Positions 62,411 to 64,000 of a stretch of DNA of 64,000 nt are shown here, piece after piece. Every line of letters begins with the position of its first letter. Position 1 is the stretch's first letter. Made by a program: the position numbers and the translations under genes. Source of the DNA: Salpingoeca rosetta (taxonomy: Eukaryota; Protista; Choanoflagellata); NCBI GenBank assembly GCA_033442325.1, contig JAWQFM010000013.1, positions 900,885 to 964,884 of the forward strand. The letters run 5' to 3'. A model generated the notes under the pieces. The model did no database searches. It saw nothing but the letters and a program-made list of their open reading frames with translations, and was not told the DNA's origin.

Positions 62411-64000
62411 CACACACACACACGAACCCTTTCACCATACCCACACCCACCGCGCAGGCGCGTACACACAGGGCAGCTGCGAGCCGACCACGTGGTACCA
62501 GCTGCACGAAGCAAACGTGACACAGTGCCTCCACCCTCCAGGTGCCGTCTTCAACGACACCAGCGACAGCGTCGACACGGAGTAGGTTGTGCTTGGGGCA
62601 GCCCGCACTGTAGATGGGTTCAGATGTGCACGTGCCATTCGAAGGATGACCCACCACACCTGCATGTCACTGCTCACCAACACCCTTCCCGCCACCATTT
62701 GTTGTTCCACCTCCCCCCTCCACTTTTCCAAACACAGTGTTGTATTTGACTGGTGCAGCGGCCACGGCACGTACTCCTTTGACGACAACACGTGCACATG
62801 CGATGCCGGCTACTTTGGCGCGGACTGTGCACGCGAGGTGCGGTGGTGCTGGCATGACGAGGACACGTGCCGCTGTGCTTTTGAGTGTTCTATCCTGTGT
62901 TGTATTGTGTGGAAGTACATGTTCCTATTGTGTTGCCCACGTTATTTCGGCAATCAAGCTGACCTTCCTGAACACCATCACACCATCACAACCCCATGTA
63001 TTCTTGTGGTTGCAGTGCCCTGGCGGTGCCAGCAACCCGTGCAATGGAAACGGCGAATGCGACGCACTCACAGGTGTGATTGACCTGGTCACAGCTTGAC
63101 AAGATCACAAACGCACGTGGTGCATTGTGCACCCCGTCTTGTGTGATTATTGTCCAACACAACACCCGACGCGTTGTGTGAGGCACAATGAGCACACTCT
63201 GACCACCACCCTAACCCACCACTACCCTACTCCATCACCACCACCTTACATCGTTGCAGGCCAGTGCTACTGCGACTGCGGGTTCGCGGGCGCCAATTGC
63301 TCCATCACGGGCTGCCCGTGCACAGACGAGTTCTGCTTCCTCAGCGAAGATGGTGCCTGTCCCCTCCTGTGCGGCCGCAAGTACGTGCATTCGAGGACAA
63401 GAGGAGGAAGGGGTCGGGTTGGTGACGGGGAACGCGTGTGGGTGTGCGATTTGTGTGTGTGTGTGTGTTTGATGTAAGTAACAGCAACATCTGGTGCGGG
63501 GGTAGGTCTTGAACGTTGCATTCTTGCTACACACATACATAGAGACACACACTACACACGCACACGCACACACACACACTACACACTCACTCAACCGCCC
63601 ATCCACATGTGCGTGCACTGCAGCCTGGCAAGCAAGTGCACGGGGTCGGATGTGCTCGAGCTGCCCGTCGCCGATCGCCCCTCCGCCCGCATCGCCAGTG
63701 ACGCCGGCCGGTGTGCGTGCACGTCCAAGTTCTGGGGCCCATCGTGCAACATGACCTGCCCCGGTGTCAACGACGACGGCTCTGGCGACGTCTGCGGCGG
63801 TCTCGGTGAGCAATGCCACATGTGAACAGCGAGGAGCAGGACGGAGGAAGTTGTGTGTGTGTGTGTGTCGCGCTTGTATGTGTGCGTGCGTGTGTGTGTG
63901 CGCGCACACTGTATCGTTCGCGTACAATGTGCCTGCAAGCAAATCACGCCTACACAGCTGTACCGCCTTTGGTGCTGGTGTGACTGCTTCTCACACTGTG
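59170..64000 (+). CDS. Secreted or cell-surface protein: uncharacterised N-terminal domain + 2 PSI + EGF-like repeats (continues beyond window)
   Basis: Hydrophobic N-terminus VGVCVAWFVMVAVLAL. PSI-like CAAKTSCGECIADPQCGWCES and CTLQNDCTSCVNTPGCGWS. EGF-like CSGHG..CTCDAGYFGADC, CPGGASNPCNGNGEC..CYCDCGFAGANC, CACTSKFWGPSC. At least 14 phase-consistent GT-AG exons. Confidence 0.85.

Noticed and set aside
59170-64000. PSI+EGF protein as an integrin beta
   Set aside because: No VWA/MIDAS (DxSxS) domain is visible and the domain order differs.

Overview
Eukaryotic, intron-rich genomic DNA with GC-rich exons and introns full of (GT)n/(CA)n microsatellites. Gene content and style point to a choanoflagellate such as Salpingoeca rosetta (inference, not verified). 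Manual GT-AG splicing supports 16 protein-coding genes: a Cys-rich/mucin/SEA-like type I membrane protein (runs off the left edge), a MOV10/SDE3-like SF1 helicase, NAMPT, MINDY3, an acylated coiled-coil protein, a PPR-like protein, an acylated ankyrin protein, RPS28, ARF1, a coiled-coil protein with a hydrophobic C-terminus, an intronless divergent importin-alpha, a C1-domain protein, OGFOD3, a BACE-like aspartic protease, WIP/verprolin, and a PSI/EGF surface protein (runs off the right edge). Three N-gaps interrupt NAMPT, MINDY3 and OGFOD3. I saw no rRNA, tRNA, CRISPR array or transposase. Most ORFs in the supplied track are microsatellite or antisense artefacts. The most system-like signal is a polarised intron grammar: GU-rich arms after donors and complementary CA-rich arms before acceptors, sometimes replacing the polypyrimidine tract. 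A strand-oriented (GCAA)n motif also recurs upstream of many start codons. Exon coordinates were read by eye and may be off by a few bases.
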